This document shows positions 29,254 to 39,221 of a stretch of 64,000 bases of DNA, one piece after another. Each line of letters starts with the position of its first letter. Position 1 is the stretch's first letter. The stretch covers positions 13,792 to 77,791 of the forward strand of contig JAFUSA010000031.1 of the NCBI GenBank assembly GCA_017480745.1, in the 5' to 3' direction. The notes below the pieces were generated by a model, which was not told where the DNA came from, made no database searches, and was given only the letters and a program-made list of their open reading frames with translations. The DNA comes from Alphaproteobacteria bacterium. Lineage in GTDB: Bacteria; Pseudomonadota; Alphaproteobacteria; RF32; CAG-239. Both the position numbers and the translations under genes were made by a program.

Positions 29254-29913
29254 ATGTTTAATATTAAATTATCCATATTTTCGACTACTCGTGATTTGGA
29301 ACAGAAAATTGATCAAATGCACGATAAAGTTATTGAAAGCTCGATGTTTTTTAAAGAAGCTTTTGATATTTACATGAGAGAAAAACGTAGCTCCAACTAT
29401 CGCCGTGTCAGCAAAAAAATTAAAAATATTGAAGCCGAAGCCGATGACTTGCGACGTGAAATTGAAAGCAGTTTATATATTCACAACCTGATTCCCGATT
29501 TGCGAGCCGATGTTTTGCAAATGGTAGAAAACATTGATAAAGTTATTAATGAGTTTGACGAAGTTGCTCATAAGTTTTATATCGAACAACCGGATATTCC
29601 GCAAAAATTTCGTGATAATTTTAAGGTGTTGGTGCAACAGGTTTCTGATTGTGCCGAAAATATGGCTATTTCCTCACGCGCATTTTTCCGCGATTTTGCC
29701 ACAGTGCGCGATTACGCCCGTAAAGTTTATTTTTTGGAGCATGAAAGCGATAAAACTTGGGCAGCTTTGAAGCAAGAAGTATTTGAATCCGATATGGAAC
29801 TGGCGCACAAAATACAATTAAACTCACTAATCGGAGAAGTTGCGGATATTGCCGATAAGGCGGAAGATTGTATTGACGCCGTTTTGATTTTCACAATTAA
29901 GAGAGATATCTGA
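29254..29913 (+). CDS. DUF47/PhoU-like phosphate transport regulator
   Basis: IEAEADDLRREIE, LEHESD, IADKAED; AAGGA SD before ATG 29254; coupled to pit. Confidence 0.88.
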   Translation: MFNIKLSIFSTTRDLEQKIDQMHDKVIESSMFFKEAFDIYMREKRSSNYRRVSKKIKNIEAEADDLRREIESSLYIHNLIPDLRADVLQMVENIDKVINEFDEVAHKFYIEQPDIPQKFRDNFKVLVQQVSDCAENMAISSRAFFRDFATVRDYARKVYFLEHESDKTWAALKQEVFESDMELAHKIQLNSLIGEVADIADKAEDCIDAVLIFTIKRDI

Positions 29914-30971
29914 TGGATCTTAGTTACTTGTTTTTCCTAAGTAGCGGCTTATTTTTAGGTTGGTCGTTGGGAGCAAACGACGCTGCTAATATCTTTGGCA
30001 CGGCCGTCGGTTCCAAAATGGTTCGCTTTTCTCTGATAGCAACCATTGCCTCAATATTTGTAATTTTAGGCGCTGTATTTGGCGGAGCCGGAACCAGTGA
30101 GACTTTGGGAGACTTAGGCGCGGTTGATGCTTTGGCCGGTTCCTTCATGGTTGCCTTATCCGCCGCCTTAGCGGTGTATCTAATGTTGCGAGTAGGTATA
30201 ACTGTTTCCACATCACAAGCAATTGTCGGTTCTATTATAGGTTGGAACTTATATGCCGGAAAAGAAACAGATTTAAAAACTTTGGCAGAAATTATATCCA
30301 CTTGGACAATTTGCCCGATAGTTTCGGGAATAATAGCAGTTGTTCTGTATTTATGCCTGAAAAAATTGATTAAATGTTCCAGTTTGCACTTATTGCGACA
30401 AGATCAACTTACAAGAATTGGTTTAATTATAACTGCTGCCATCGGAGCCTATGCCTTAGGTGCCAACAATATTGCCAACGTTGTCGGAGTTTTTGTGCAA
30501 TCTTGCCCGTTTAAGCCCCTTAAATTTAACGGGTTGATAACCTTAACTCCGGAACAAGTGTTATTTTTGCTCGGATCTATTGCTATCAGTGTGGGTATTT
30601 TAACTTATTCCAAAAAAGCCATAATGACGGTTGGTAATAATTTAATGAGAATGTCACCCGTCATAGCGTTAATCGTAGTTTTATCACAATCTCTCGTTTT
30701 ATTACTGTTTTCTTCGCAAACGTTGCATAATTGGTTGGAAGCTTCATCTCTGCCAACATTACCTTTGGTTCCGGTATCCAGTTCGCAAGCTGTCATTGGC
30801 GCTATTTTAGGAATTGGTTTAATTAAAGGTGGGCGTGGCGTCAACTGGGGTATTGTCCGCCGCATTGCCGTCGGTTGGTGTGCAGCACCTTTAATGGCTA
30901 TGTTGATTTGCTTTGTGAGCTTGTTTTTCTTGGCGAATGTATTCAATCAAACCGTATATTTTACGGATTAA
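29913..30971 (+). CDS. PiT-family inorganic phosphate transporter
   Basis: GANDAAN and GANNIAN repeats, PVSSSQAVIG. Confidence 0.92.
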   Translation: MDLSYLFFLSSGLFLGWSLGANDAANIFGTAVGSKMVRFSLIATIASIFVILGAVFGGAGTSETLGDLGAVDALAGSFMVALSAALAVYLMLRVGITVSTSQAIVGSIIGWNLYAGKETDLKTLAEIISTWTICPIVSGIIAVVLYLCLKKLIKCSSLHLLRQDQLTRIGLIITAAIGAYALGANNIANVVGVFVQSCPFKPLKFNGLITLTPEQVLFLLGSIAISVGILTYSKKAIMTVGNNLMRMSPVIALIVVLSQSLVLLLFSSQTLHNWLEASSLPTLPLVPVSSSQAVIGAILGIGLIKGGRGVNWGIVRRIAVGWCAAPLMAMLICFVSLFFLANVFNQTVYFTD

Positions 30972-31013
30972 AATGATTTTATCTGGCGCTTAAATTCAAA
31001 AGCATAAGTTGTA

Positions 31014-34000
31014 TTATAAACCATTTCCCTTGACTTGTTGCATGGCTACTAAATTTATAGCAGAAAGACCTGCACCCTGATTCTCTTTAATTTTACTGTT
31101 GTTCGGAGTTTTATTTGCAATGGACGCCGGATAACCTATATTGCTGAGCGAGTTATATCCGTTGCGCATATCTGTTAAATGTTTGCCCTGCTCAGCAGAT
31201 GACATAGATTTTAATTCACGCTTTTCCGCTGCGGCAATAGCAGAATTAGTCATATCTTTGTTGGTTTGCATTTTTTGCTCCGCCGGCATCTGAATCGGTG
31301 TTTGCGGTGTCATTTCAGCCTTGAAACAAGTCTCGGCATAAGGTATAAGCTCTTTTTTATACCTCTGCATCATATCTTTTGCCACACTATTGGCCTGATC
31401 CATTGTTTTCACACCAACCGCCGTATATTGCAAATTCCAACTGGTGGTAATATTTTGATATAAAGCCGGATCTTTTTGTTTTACATCTTCGCACAGTTTA
31501 CGCAGTTTGGAATCCGGCTCTTTTTCAATCAAATTATCATATAAATTGCTTTTAACCACATTTTCAGCGTGCGGCATAAGATCAAATTTATGCTGATTCA
31601 TAATATCACGAGCAATACTATCATATTGTTCCATATTGGTAGGAGATTGTGCCGCGTGTGCGGTGTTCCAATCCGCCATAATTTTATTCCCTAAACCGGA
31701 ATCCGTTTTAGATACCTCTGTGCAAAGTTTCACTAAATTTTGGCCGGCATTTACCGATTCCAGTGAAGAAAGCATTTCCGATTGTTGCATCATGGTTTCA
31801 ACATGCGGTTGCAGAGCAGATTTATACTGCATCATTACATTACGTGCTACATCGTTATATTGTTCCATGGTTGTAATAGGTTTAGCACTATGTTGCTCAT
31901 TCCAATCGGCAATAATTTTTTTATGTAATTCCGGATTATATTTCTGCATCTCCTCACAGAGTTTTCTTAATTTTTCACCGGCATCTTTTTCGGCAAATTG
32001 CGCATAACGATTGTCGTCTTGTTGAGAGCTGTATTCTCCCGGCTCCAACGGAACATCCGCCGTTTTTTCATTTTTTGCAAATACATTATCCGATTGTATT
32101 TTTTCTTTAATGCCCCCCCCCGTTGCATTATTTTCTTTATTATTTGAGGTCTTTTGCTTTTCAGTAACCTTTGGCTCTTCTTTAACTTCTAACTTGCCAA
32201 ACTCGGCTCCGGTCTTCTTGGTAAACTCTTCCGGTGTTAAATATTCTCTGAACCCTTTGTTATCATCTCCTACTTGGTTGTTTTTTTCAAAATATTTTCT
32301 ATTTGCTGCGGAGGCAATTATTACCGGTACACCCCTGTTACTATCAAAATACATCAGTCCGACATTTTCCGGTAATTTAAGTCCGGCATCATTCACATCT
32401 TTTATAAATGAAGCCGTATCCTCCGGTATTATCATCATTTTAAGGTTGCTCATATCGCTTCTGCCGACAATCTTCAAATCTTCAACACCGGATATTTGAA
32501 CCATATCGGAGCACTTTATTTTTGTTTCCGGAGATAGTGGTAACTCTTTAAGTTGAGCAATGGCAAACGGCGAATGCGCTGAACCTACATCCAATGATGT
32601 GCATTGAGAAAAATCTGCTTTTATGTTGTTGCGCGGACTGATGAAAAAATCAGCATCATACCCCGATAAATGACAATCTCCGTAAAACTTGACATTTTTT
32701 TGAGAACGTAAATCTACACCAGCCTCATCTAAACGAGTTGTCTTAACGTTTCGCAAATGGGCAGTTTCACCATCAATAGCAATACAAGGCAACGAATTAT
32801 CCATTATATCAAAAGAAGCCTTATCTTTTACTCTGATAGCCTTTAATTCTGAAATATCACAGGATTTCAATTTGTTTGATAAAGATGCGTCTTCTGCCTG
32901 AAAAATACCAGAAAATTTAAGCTCTTTTGCCTTATCAATATTCGTTTTAAGTACATCATCAATCAGTGCATCTTTGCTTGAAGAAATTGTTACAGCCCGC
33001 CCGCTTAAATCCATATGTTGCGAAAGTTTACAATCTTCAAATTCCACACTTTGCGGCAATTTAACATTATCAGGAAAAGCACAATCTATAAACTTGGCAT
33101 TTTTCAGATGACTTAAATCAACACCTTCCTTAAATTGGCAGTTTTTGAAAACTGTACCATCGGGAATATCTTTGCCGTTTTCCACCGCACAAGCCGTAAG
33201 AGTTAGGTTTTGTATGTCCTTTAACAGCGGATTATCATCAACCATACAGTTAGATATCACAACTTTTTTAAACTCAATATCTTGAACGCAGATCGGCACG
33301 ATATCTTCAATCTTTTGCTGTTCATCGCCGGGCTGACTACCGAAGGCAACAACTTTATCCAATTTATATTTACCGCCTTCGGTTAGAGAAACTTCGGATT
33401 CCAAAAAATTCTGCTTAATAAATTCTTGCGCTGCCATATCGCGCTTGGCTTCATACGGTGCCAACATTTTTTCTTTGTTATACGGCCTCACAGCCTGAGA
33501 AATATCTGCTTCAACAGTATCTTTAAGCAAATTACCGCGTTCACACATAACCTCGGTTTTTGCTAAGCTTTTAACATCATGCAGTTTAGCAAACAGTTCC
33601 ATTTCCCGATTGATATATCCGTTTTCATCGGCTATTTGATACATTTTATTGTTTTTTATCATATACAGAGCTTTAACCGGATTTTTGTGTGATAAACCGA
33701 TAGTCTCGTATGCTCTTCTTCCTCGCTGTTGCTCTGCACCTCTGCTCTCCAATCCCCAGTCTTTATAAAACTTTTGATCTTCGCTTAAATTTACAGCGGC
33801 AACAATACCTATTTCCGTAGAATACCCTGCACCTGCACTGTAAATCTTAGCAACGTTTGCATCCGGCGAAAAATATGCCAAATCCTTACTGCGGCGAGCA
33901 GATAAAACCGCATACGGCTGACTGCCGAACGAACCGCCGCGATAACCGGTCGTATAATCATTAGCCAAATCCTCAACTCTGACTTCTGGCAAAGTTTGCA

Positions 34001-34571
34001 ATCTTTCTGTTTGTTGTTGCAAAAATTCATCAACACTTTGACCGTATTCATTTTGTATTTGCTGCTCCAATGCTGTGCCGTAATTATTTTCGACAACATT
34101 AACTCCTTGTTTAAACTCATTTGTGTAATGCGTTAAGCTTTCTGCCGTTTGCGGAAAAGCAAATCCTTTAATATCATCACCGTTGTTCTTTAAAATATCG
34201 GCAATATCTGCCGTAACCTGAACAGCATCTTCCGGTTTTAACATAGGGGTGGATATACCACTGCGATCCACCACAAATTTACCTATATCCTTAGCATCTT
34301 CGGAATTATAAGGCACAGCATCAATACCATTTGCACGCAGAAGATTAACTGTTTTTAAAATGTCACTGTCAAGCAACTCTTCGGCTGATTTTAGCCCCAC
34401 ATCTCCACTATTTACATCATAAAAAGATTCAACACCTATTGAAACTGTGCAGGGACGGTCCAAATCATGAAAATGATTAGACATAATCTCGGCAACAAAT
34501 TTCGGATTATCTGCTTTTTCAATAATATCATCTATTTTTTCTGCCGATATTTTTTCATATTGTTCATTCAT
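31014..34571 (-). CDS. Large multidomain hypothetical protein (1185 aa)
   Basis: Long open frame; possible ADP-ribosyltransferase-like motif, solenoid-like middle, three helical C-terminal repeats. Confidence 0.8.
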   Translation of the reverse strand: MNEQYEKISAEKIDDIIEKADNPKFVAEIMSNHFHDLDRPCTVSIGVESFYDVNSGDVGLKSAEELLDSDILKTVNLLRANGIDAVPYNSEDAKDIGKFVVDRSGISTPMLKPEDAVQVTADIADILKNNGDDIKGFAFPQTAESLTHYTNEFKQGVNVVENNYGTALEQQIQNEYGQSVDEFLQQQTERLQTLPEVRVEDLANDYTTGYRGGSFGSQPYAVLSARRSKDLAYFSPDANVAKIYSAGAGYSTEIGIVAAVNLSEDQKFYKDWGLESRGAEQQRGRRAYETIGLSHKNPVKALYMIKNNKMYQIADENGYINREMELFAKLHDVKSLAKTEVMCERGNLLKDTVEADISQAVRPYNKEKMLAPYEAKRDMAAQEFIKQNFLESEVSLTEGGKYKLDKVVAFGSQPGDEQQKIEDIVPICVQDIEFKKVVISNCMVDDNPLLKDIQNLTLTACAVENGKDIPDGTVFKNCQFKEGVDLSHLKNAKFIDCAFPDNVKLPQSVEFEDCKLSQHMDLSGRAVTISSSKDALIDDVLKTNIDKAKELKFSGIFQAEDASLSNKLKSCDISELKAIRVKDKASFDIMDNSLPCIAIDGETAHLRNVKTTRLDEAGVDLRSQKNVKFYGDCHLSGYDADFFISPRNNIKADFSQCTSLDVGSAHSPFAIAQLKELPLSPETKIKCSDMVQISGVEDLKIVGRSDMSNLKMMIIPEDTASFIKDVNDAGLKLPENVGLMYFDSNRGVPVIIASAANRKYFEKNNQVGDDNKGFREYLTPEEFTKKTGAEFGKLEVKEEPKVTEKQKTSNNKENNATGGGIKEKIQSDNVFAKNEKTADVPLEPGEYSSQQDDNRYAQFAEKDAGEKLRKLCEEMQKYNPELHKKIIADWNEQHSAKPITTMEQYNDVARNVMMQYKSALQPHVETMMQQSEMLSSLESVNAGQNLVKLCTEVSKTDSGLGNKIMADWNTAHAAQSPTNMEQYDSIARDIMNQHKFDLMPHAENVVKSNLYDNLIEKEPDSKLRKLCEDVKQKDPALYQNITTSWNLQYTAVGVKTMDQANSVAKDMMQRYKKELIPYAETCFKAEMTPQTPIQMPAEQKMQTNKDMTNSAIAAAEKRELKSMSSAEQGKHLTDMRNGYNSLSNIGYPASIANKTPNNSKIKENQGAGLSAINLVAMQQVKGNGL
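31332..31982 (-). repeat. Three tandem 77-78-aa protein repeats
   Basis: Pattern LxKLCxxxxxxxxxLxxxIxxxWNxxxxAxxxxxMxQxxxxAxxxMxxxKxxLxPxxE occurs three times (units start near 31982, 31748 and 31517). Confidence 0.85.
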
Positions 34572-34872
34572 AAGAACCCCTTGATGATTTTAGTGTTGTC
34601 TGTATTTTAGCACGTTCAGGTACGATAATTTTCTCATAAATTACTTTAAATTCTTCCTGCAATGTTTCAATTTTTTCATCTACTTTATCATTAGATAACC
34701 CCAAAGATTTTTGTGCCGGATACCACTTTGGCAAGTTGCTTATTTCTATACTTTCGTCTTCGTTAATACCTCGTTTGCTATATTTGAAGCTTAACCCCGT
34801 ATTATGTACTGCTTCATTTTTTGCGCTGTTTACCTGCCAATCATTGATAAATTCTTTTAATTCTTTAACCAT
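34564..34872 (-). CDS. Hypothetical protein (102 aa), coupled to the 1185-aa gene
   Basis: AGGA SD; stop overlaps the start of the downstream gene by 8 nt. Confidence 0.7.
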   Translation of the reverse strand: MVKELKEFINDWQVNSAKNEAVHNTGLSFKYSKRGINEDESIEISNLPKWYPAQKSLGLSNDKVDEKIETLQEEFKVIYEKIIVPERAKIQTTLKSSRGSYE

Positions 34873-35038
34873 TTTATTATCCTAACACATTTATTCTGGC
34901 ATTTTTGTCATTTTACAACAATTTTTGTTAAAATGCAATACTCTTTAATTTGTGCCATGAAATATTTATACTTCTGTTATACAAATTTTAACCTTTTTGT
35001 TCTACTATGCCGACAGTTATATAACAAGGAGAAATACT

Positions 35039-38000
35039 ATGTTAAAATTGAGTCGTAACGGCATAGGCTTGCTTACTGCACAATATCGCAGTGTGCTGAG
35101 GAAATGCTTTATACTAAATATGTGTGCCGCCGGTATTGCCATTGCTTTTGCCGGAACGGCTAATGCTTGGAACCCAGGAGATATTGTGGATTCCGCTGAT
35201 TACACAACTTTGACCACACAAATGGGAAATTTAATCAACTATGATACAGCAACAGATATAGCAGGAATGTATTTAAGCGGAACTTATGATACCGAACTAT
35301 ATAATGTAGGTATGAATAATGACGCATGGATTCAAAACTATGAAGGAAAATTGGTAGTTGGTCGCAATTCAGGCGGAAGCGCAGTTACAACTGTTATTTC
35401 CAACTTACACAATATTACCGGCGACAGTTACACCGATGGTGGTGGTGCTATTTTCAACGGCAATGATAAAACCAAAGATATTGCCGGTGGCGAGTTTAGC
35501 GTATATAACAGCACATTTTCGCGTAACAGTGTAAGTACAGACGGTTTTTTGTATCCGACAGCCGCCGGCGGTGCCATTGCTAACGTAAGCCGAACCGCGG
35601 CAACCATTACAGGCACTAACTTTACCGAAAACTATGCTATGAGCTTTACGGATGCTTTGGGTGGTGCCATTTATAACGGAACCAACACGGTTAATGCTCC
35701 GTCCGGAGCACAATCGGCTTACGGTAATATAACTTCTTCCGGCAACACATTTACCTCAAACCATGCCGGCAATATTTCCGGAACTTATGCCGGTTATACT
35801 ATTGATTATGTTCCGTCATGGCTTGTTACATCTTGGCAAACAGATAATCCTACTGTATATGTCAATCAGTTAGGTATGGCTAAAAATGCGGCTGGTGGTG
35901 CTGTTTATAACGGCGGAGAATTGAAAAAAGCTACCTTTACTTCCACCAACGACACATTTAAAAACAATTTTGCTTTGGGTTTGTCCGCCAAAGGTGGTGC
36001 CATTGCCAACTACTCAAACATTACGGTTACTAACGGAACCTTAGATTCCAACGCTGCCATTACTGTTTATGCTCCGGCTTCTGGTTTAACCGAAGCCAAT
36101 GCTTTGGGCGGAGCATTCTATAATGAAAATGACAGCACAACCACAGCTCAAATTATTGACAGCGCTATTACCAATAATAAAGTGGCGGTAGTAGAGTCTG
36201 CCGGCGGATATACATACAACGCTTTTGGTGGTGCCATTTATAACAACGGTTCAACCGACACGGCAAATTTGGCAATCAAAGCCCAAAACGCTGATGTAAC
36301 TATTTCCGGTAACAGTATTACAGTAGCTGTTTCCGACGCCGGAGCTACGGAAAACTTCCGTGGTGGTGCAATTTATAACGGCAATCAAGGTAAACTTGAT
36401 TTAACTTCTTCCGGCACACATGCTATTAACATTAATTCTAACAGTGCCAAAGAAGGTGGTGCACTCTATAATGCCGGAACAGTTAATGTTACAGCTGGTA
36501 ACACATCTGCCGTAAACTTCAACGGCAACAGCGCAACTGATAACGGCGGAGCTCTTTACAATGCCGCCGGAGCCAACTTTAACGCTACCTTAACTGATGC
36601 AGGTAAGATAGTGTTCAACACTTCTTCCGATTCGGTATATAATTTAGGAACAATAACCATTACCGGCGCTAACACTGCTCCGGCTATTACTCTGTATCGT
36701 CCGAATGCGATTGATACAACCGCCACTCAGGTTGTTTTGAACTCCGAATTCGGCGGAACCGGAACATACAACATTTCAACCACTCAATTAAATTTGGGAA
36801 CAAACGGTTTAATTAATCTTGATCCGGTTATGGTGTTAAAAAACAACTATGTTAATATGGCTGACGGTTCCAAGATTTATTTATCTTCCGCTGATACGGT
36901 AAATAACAATAATTTCTATTTATCTTCGGGTGCTTTGCTTGATTACACAGACACAAATCCGGCAGCTGACGTTACTTTGGCCAATACCATTGAAAACGCC
37001 GGAACGGTAAAATATGCTGCTGCAACCGGTGATACAAATATTAATATTGCAACGGTAATGAAAAACTCAGGTGTTTTGAATGTTGCCGACGGCTTGTTGA
37101 CAAATGTAAATGTTGGCACATTGAACAGCGCAAACGGCAATCAAATTGTTATCAACTTAGATAACCCTAATTTGAAGGCCGATGTTATTACTGTTGCGGA
37201 TAAAATTTCCGGAACAACAAATGTTAAATTTGTTGATATGACAAATGCAGATATCAGCCAAGTTACATTGGGTGAAGATGACAAAATTTACTTTGCAAAA
37301 ACACAAACAGATCAATCATATAACTTTGGCAAAACATTTTTAACTAACGCCGCCAACGATGAATATAAAATTGTTGTCGGTCATGAACAAAACGGCAGTG
37401 TTTATGATTGGTTCCTGTACAGATACAAAGGTTTATTGCCGGAAGAAATTGCTATGATTGACTTACCGCGTGCTGCTATTGAACAAACTCGTTCGATTCT
37501 GTTCAATGTAAGTCGCACAAACCGCGGTCAATGCAGTTGCTATGAAGACAGATGTCAAAATTCATTCTGCCGATATGAAAGCGGTGATACAAAAACCAGA
37601 TTATGGGCAACACCTTTCTATCGTTCCGGAACATATGATTCACCGGTTGAAACCGACTTTAAGTTAAAAGGTATTGACTTTGGTTTGGATATTCAGCCTA
37701 CACATAGTGACATGTTTGGTGTTTTCGGTTCATACCGTGACGGTAAATACGAAAATGACGGCAAGGGTAAGAAATATTCCACCTTGTTGGGCGGCAGCGA
37801 ACTTGATATTAAGAGTATGGTAGCCGGATTATACTACCGCAGATACTTTGGTAATCTCTATTTCTTGGGTGCCGGCTATGGTGGTAAACTTGATATAGAT
37901 ATGAAAGCCGATACCGGAGCCAAAGCTTCTACCGATGGTTTGAATTTAGGCTTACAAGGTGAACTCGGTTACGATATCAAAACTTCTAATCGTTCAATCT

Positions 38001-38389
38001 TAACACCATCTTTGCGTGCCACATATGATTACTTAAAATTTGATGACGCCAAAGATAACAACGGCAGACAATATGAGTATGATAAAGTTCATGAGGTTGA
38101 GTTGGAAGCCGCTCTCAAATTTGAATATCAGTTCAATGATGAAACGCAACTGCCGACTTCGGCCTATATTAAGCCGTCTGTTATTCAAACAATTGCCAGC
38201 GGAGGCAAGGTTACCATTAACGGAACGGAATATGACAAGACCGTTGATAATGATACCTTGGGTCGTATTGAAATTGGTGCCGATACCGAAATTATCGAAG
38301 ATTTGTCACTCGGTTTATTCGGTAATTATACCTTCGGTTCTGAGTATAAAGCTTGGGGCGTAGGCGGTAACGTAAGATACGTATGGTAA
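35039..38389 (+). CDS. Autotransporter with Pmp-like GGA(I/L/V)/FxxN passenger repeats
   Basis: AAGGAG SD before ATG 35039; many GGAI/GGAL/GGAV repeats; C-terminal amphipathic beta strands ending VRYVW. Confidence 0.9.
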   Translation: MLKLSRNGIGLLTAQYRSVLRKCFILNMCAAGIAIAFAGTANAWNPGDIVDSADYTTLTTQMGNLINYDTATDIAGMYLSGTYDTELYNVGMNNDAWIQNYEGKLVVGRNSGGSAVTTVISNLHNITGDSYTDGGGAIFNGNDKTKDIAGGEFSVYNSTFSRNSVSTDGFLYPTAAGGAIANVSRTAATITGTNFTENYAMSFTDALGGAIYNGTNTVNAPSGAQSAYGNITSSGNTFTSNHAGNISGTYAGYTIDYVPSWLVTSWQTDNPTVYVNQLGMAKNAAGGAVYNGGELKKATFTSTNDTFKNNFALGLSAKGGAIANYSNITVTNGTLDSNAAITVYAPASGLTEANALGGAFYNENDSTTTAQIIDSAITNNKVAVVESAGGYTYNAFGGAIYNNGSTDTANLAIKAQNADVTISGNSITVAVSDAGATENFRGGAIYNGNQGKLDLTSSGTHAININSNSAKEGGALYNAGTVNVTAGNTSAVNFNGNSATDNGGALYNAAGANFNATLTDAGKIVFNTSSDSVYNLGTITITGANTAPAITLYRPNAIDTTATQVVLNSEFGGTGTYNISTTQLNLGTNGLINLDPVMVLKNNYVNMADGSKIYLSSADTVNNNNFYLSSGALLDYTDTNPAADVTLANTIENAGTVKYAAATGDTNINIATVMKNSGVLNVADGLLTNVNVGTLNSANGNQIVINLDNPNLKADVITVADKISGTTNVKFVDMTNADISQVTLGEDDKIYFAKTQTDQSYNFGKTFLTNAANDEYKIVVGHEQNGSVYDWFLYRYKGLLPEEIAMIDLPRAAIEQTRSILFNVSRTNRGQCSCYEDRCQNSFCRYESGDTKTRLWATPFYRSGTYDSPVETDFKLKGIDFGLDIQPTHSDMFGVFGSYRDGKYENDGKGKKYSTLLGGSELDIKSMVAGLYYRRYFGNLYFLGAGYGGKLDIDMKADTGAKASTDGLNLGLQGELGYDIKTSNRSILTPSLRATYDYLKFDDAKDNNGRQYEYDKVHEVELEAALKFEYQFNDETQLPTSAYIKPSVIQTIASGGKVTINGTEYDKTVDNDTLGRIEIGADTEIIEDLSLGLFGNYTFGSEYKAWGVGGNVRYVW

Positions 38390-38407
38390 TTTTCCTTATA
38401 TAACCGC

Positions 38408-38440
38408 AAATACCTCGGTTGGCAACAACCGAGGTATTTT
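38408..38440. terminator. Terminator after the autotransporter
   Basis: AAATACCTCGGTTG-GCAA-CAACCGAGGTATTT perfect hairpin. Confidence 0.85.
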
Positions 38441-38485
38441 GTTGTAAAAATAATAAAAACTCTTTACGGTAGTGCGTGGTGTTTT

Positions 38486-39106
38486 TCATTTATCCTTATC
38501 TTTTTGCGTTAGCTCAAAATTAGCCACTTTAATTGTTTCATAATACGGCAGCAAAACCAAAATAACGATAATCAAAATCAAATAAAGGCGATAACCGGTA
38601 ATTTCCACAATGTTAAAGACATCTAACAACAAAATAAATATGGTCGAAAAAATCAGACTCATAGTAACAAATTTTAAATTACCGACGGCTTTACTTTTGT
38701 TGTTTTTCAAAAGTGAGAATTTGGCATTTTTGCCTTTTTGCACCTGATTATTATAATCAAAAGCCGATTCGCGAACCGGTTTATCGGTAAAAGGGTCTAT
38801 TACCTCAAAAAAAGGCTCTTCTTTACTGGCATAAACCAAATAACCGATAATATCAGGGTTGCTTTTAGATGTTTCACTCAAATGTTGCTTTAATAAATCT
38901 TTGTCACTTATATGATCCGGCAAACTTAATTTGTTGCGCACTTCAAAAATTTGCAAAGGTGTTAAGGTTGCAGTATCTACAATAACCAAATCGGCACGGT
39001 ACTTACCCTCCTTATAATTAAACAGCAGACTGTCATCGGGATAACCTTGCTTTTGCAAATAATCAATCAGATGTTGCAACGTATCTTTTTCTGTGCTTTT
39101 TTGCAT
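38486..39106 (-). CDS. HsdR N-terminal-like (PD-(D/E)XK fold) domain fused to two C-terminal TM helices
   Basis: YLQKQGYP...RADLVIVD...PLQIFEVR resembles HSDR_N; hydrophobic hairpin near the C-terminus. Confidence 0.6.
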   Translation of the reverse strand: MQKSTEKDTLQHLIDYLQKQGYPDDSLLFNYKEGKYRADLVIVDTATLTPLQIFEVRNKLSLPDHISDKDLLKQHLSETSKSNPDIIGYLVYASKEEPFFEVIDPFTDKPVRESAFDYNNQVQKGKNAKFSLLKNNKSKAVGNLKFVTMSLIFSTIFILLLDVFNIVEITGYRLYLILIIVILVLLPYYETIKVANFELTQKDKDK

Positions 39107-39221
39107 AGTATTCTCCTCAGATAATCTACATAATCATTAAAGCCGCTATAATTTATAAAACTTTAAGTGTAAAAAGTCATATCGTTGTTGATTATTTGAA
39201 AAGAACCGCTATCATATCAGT

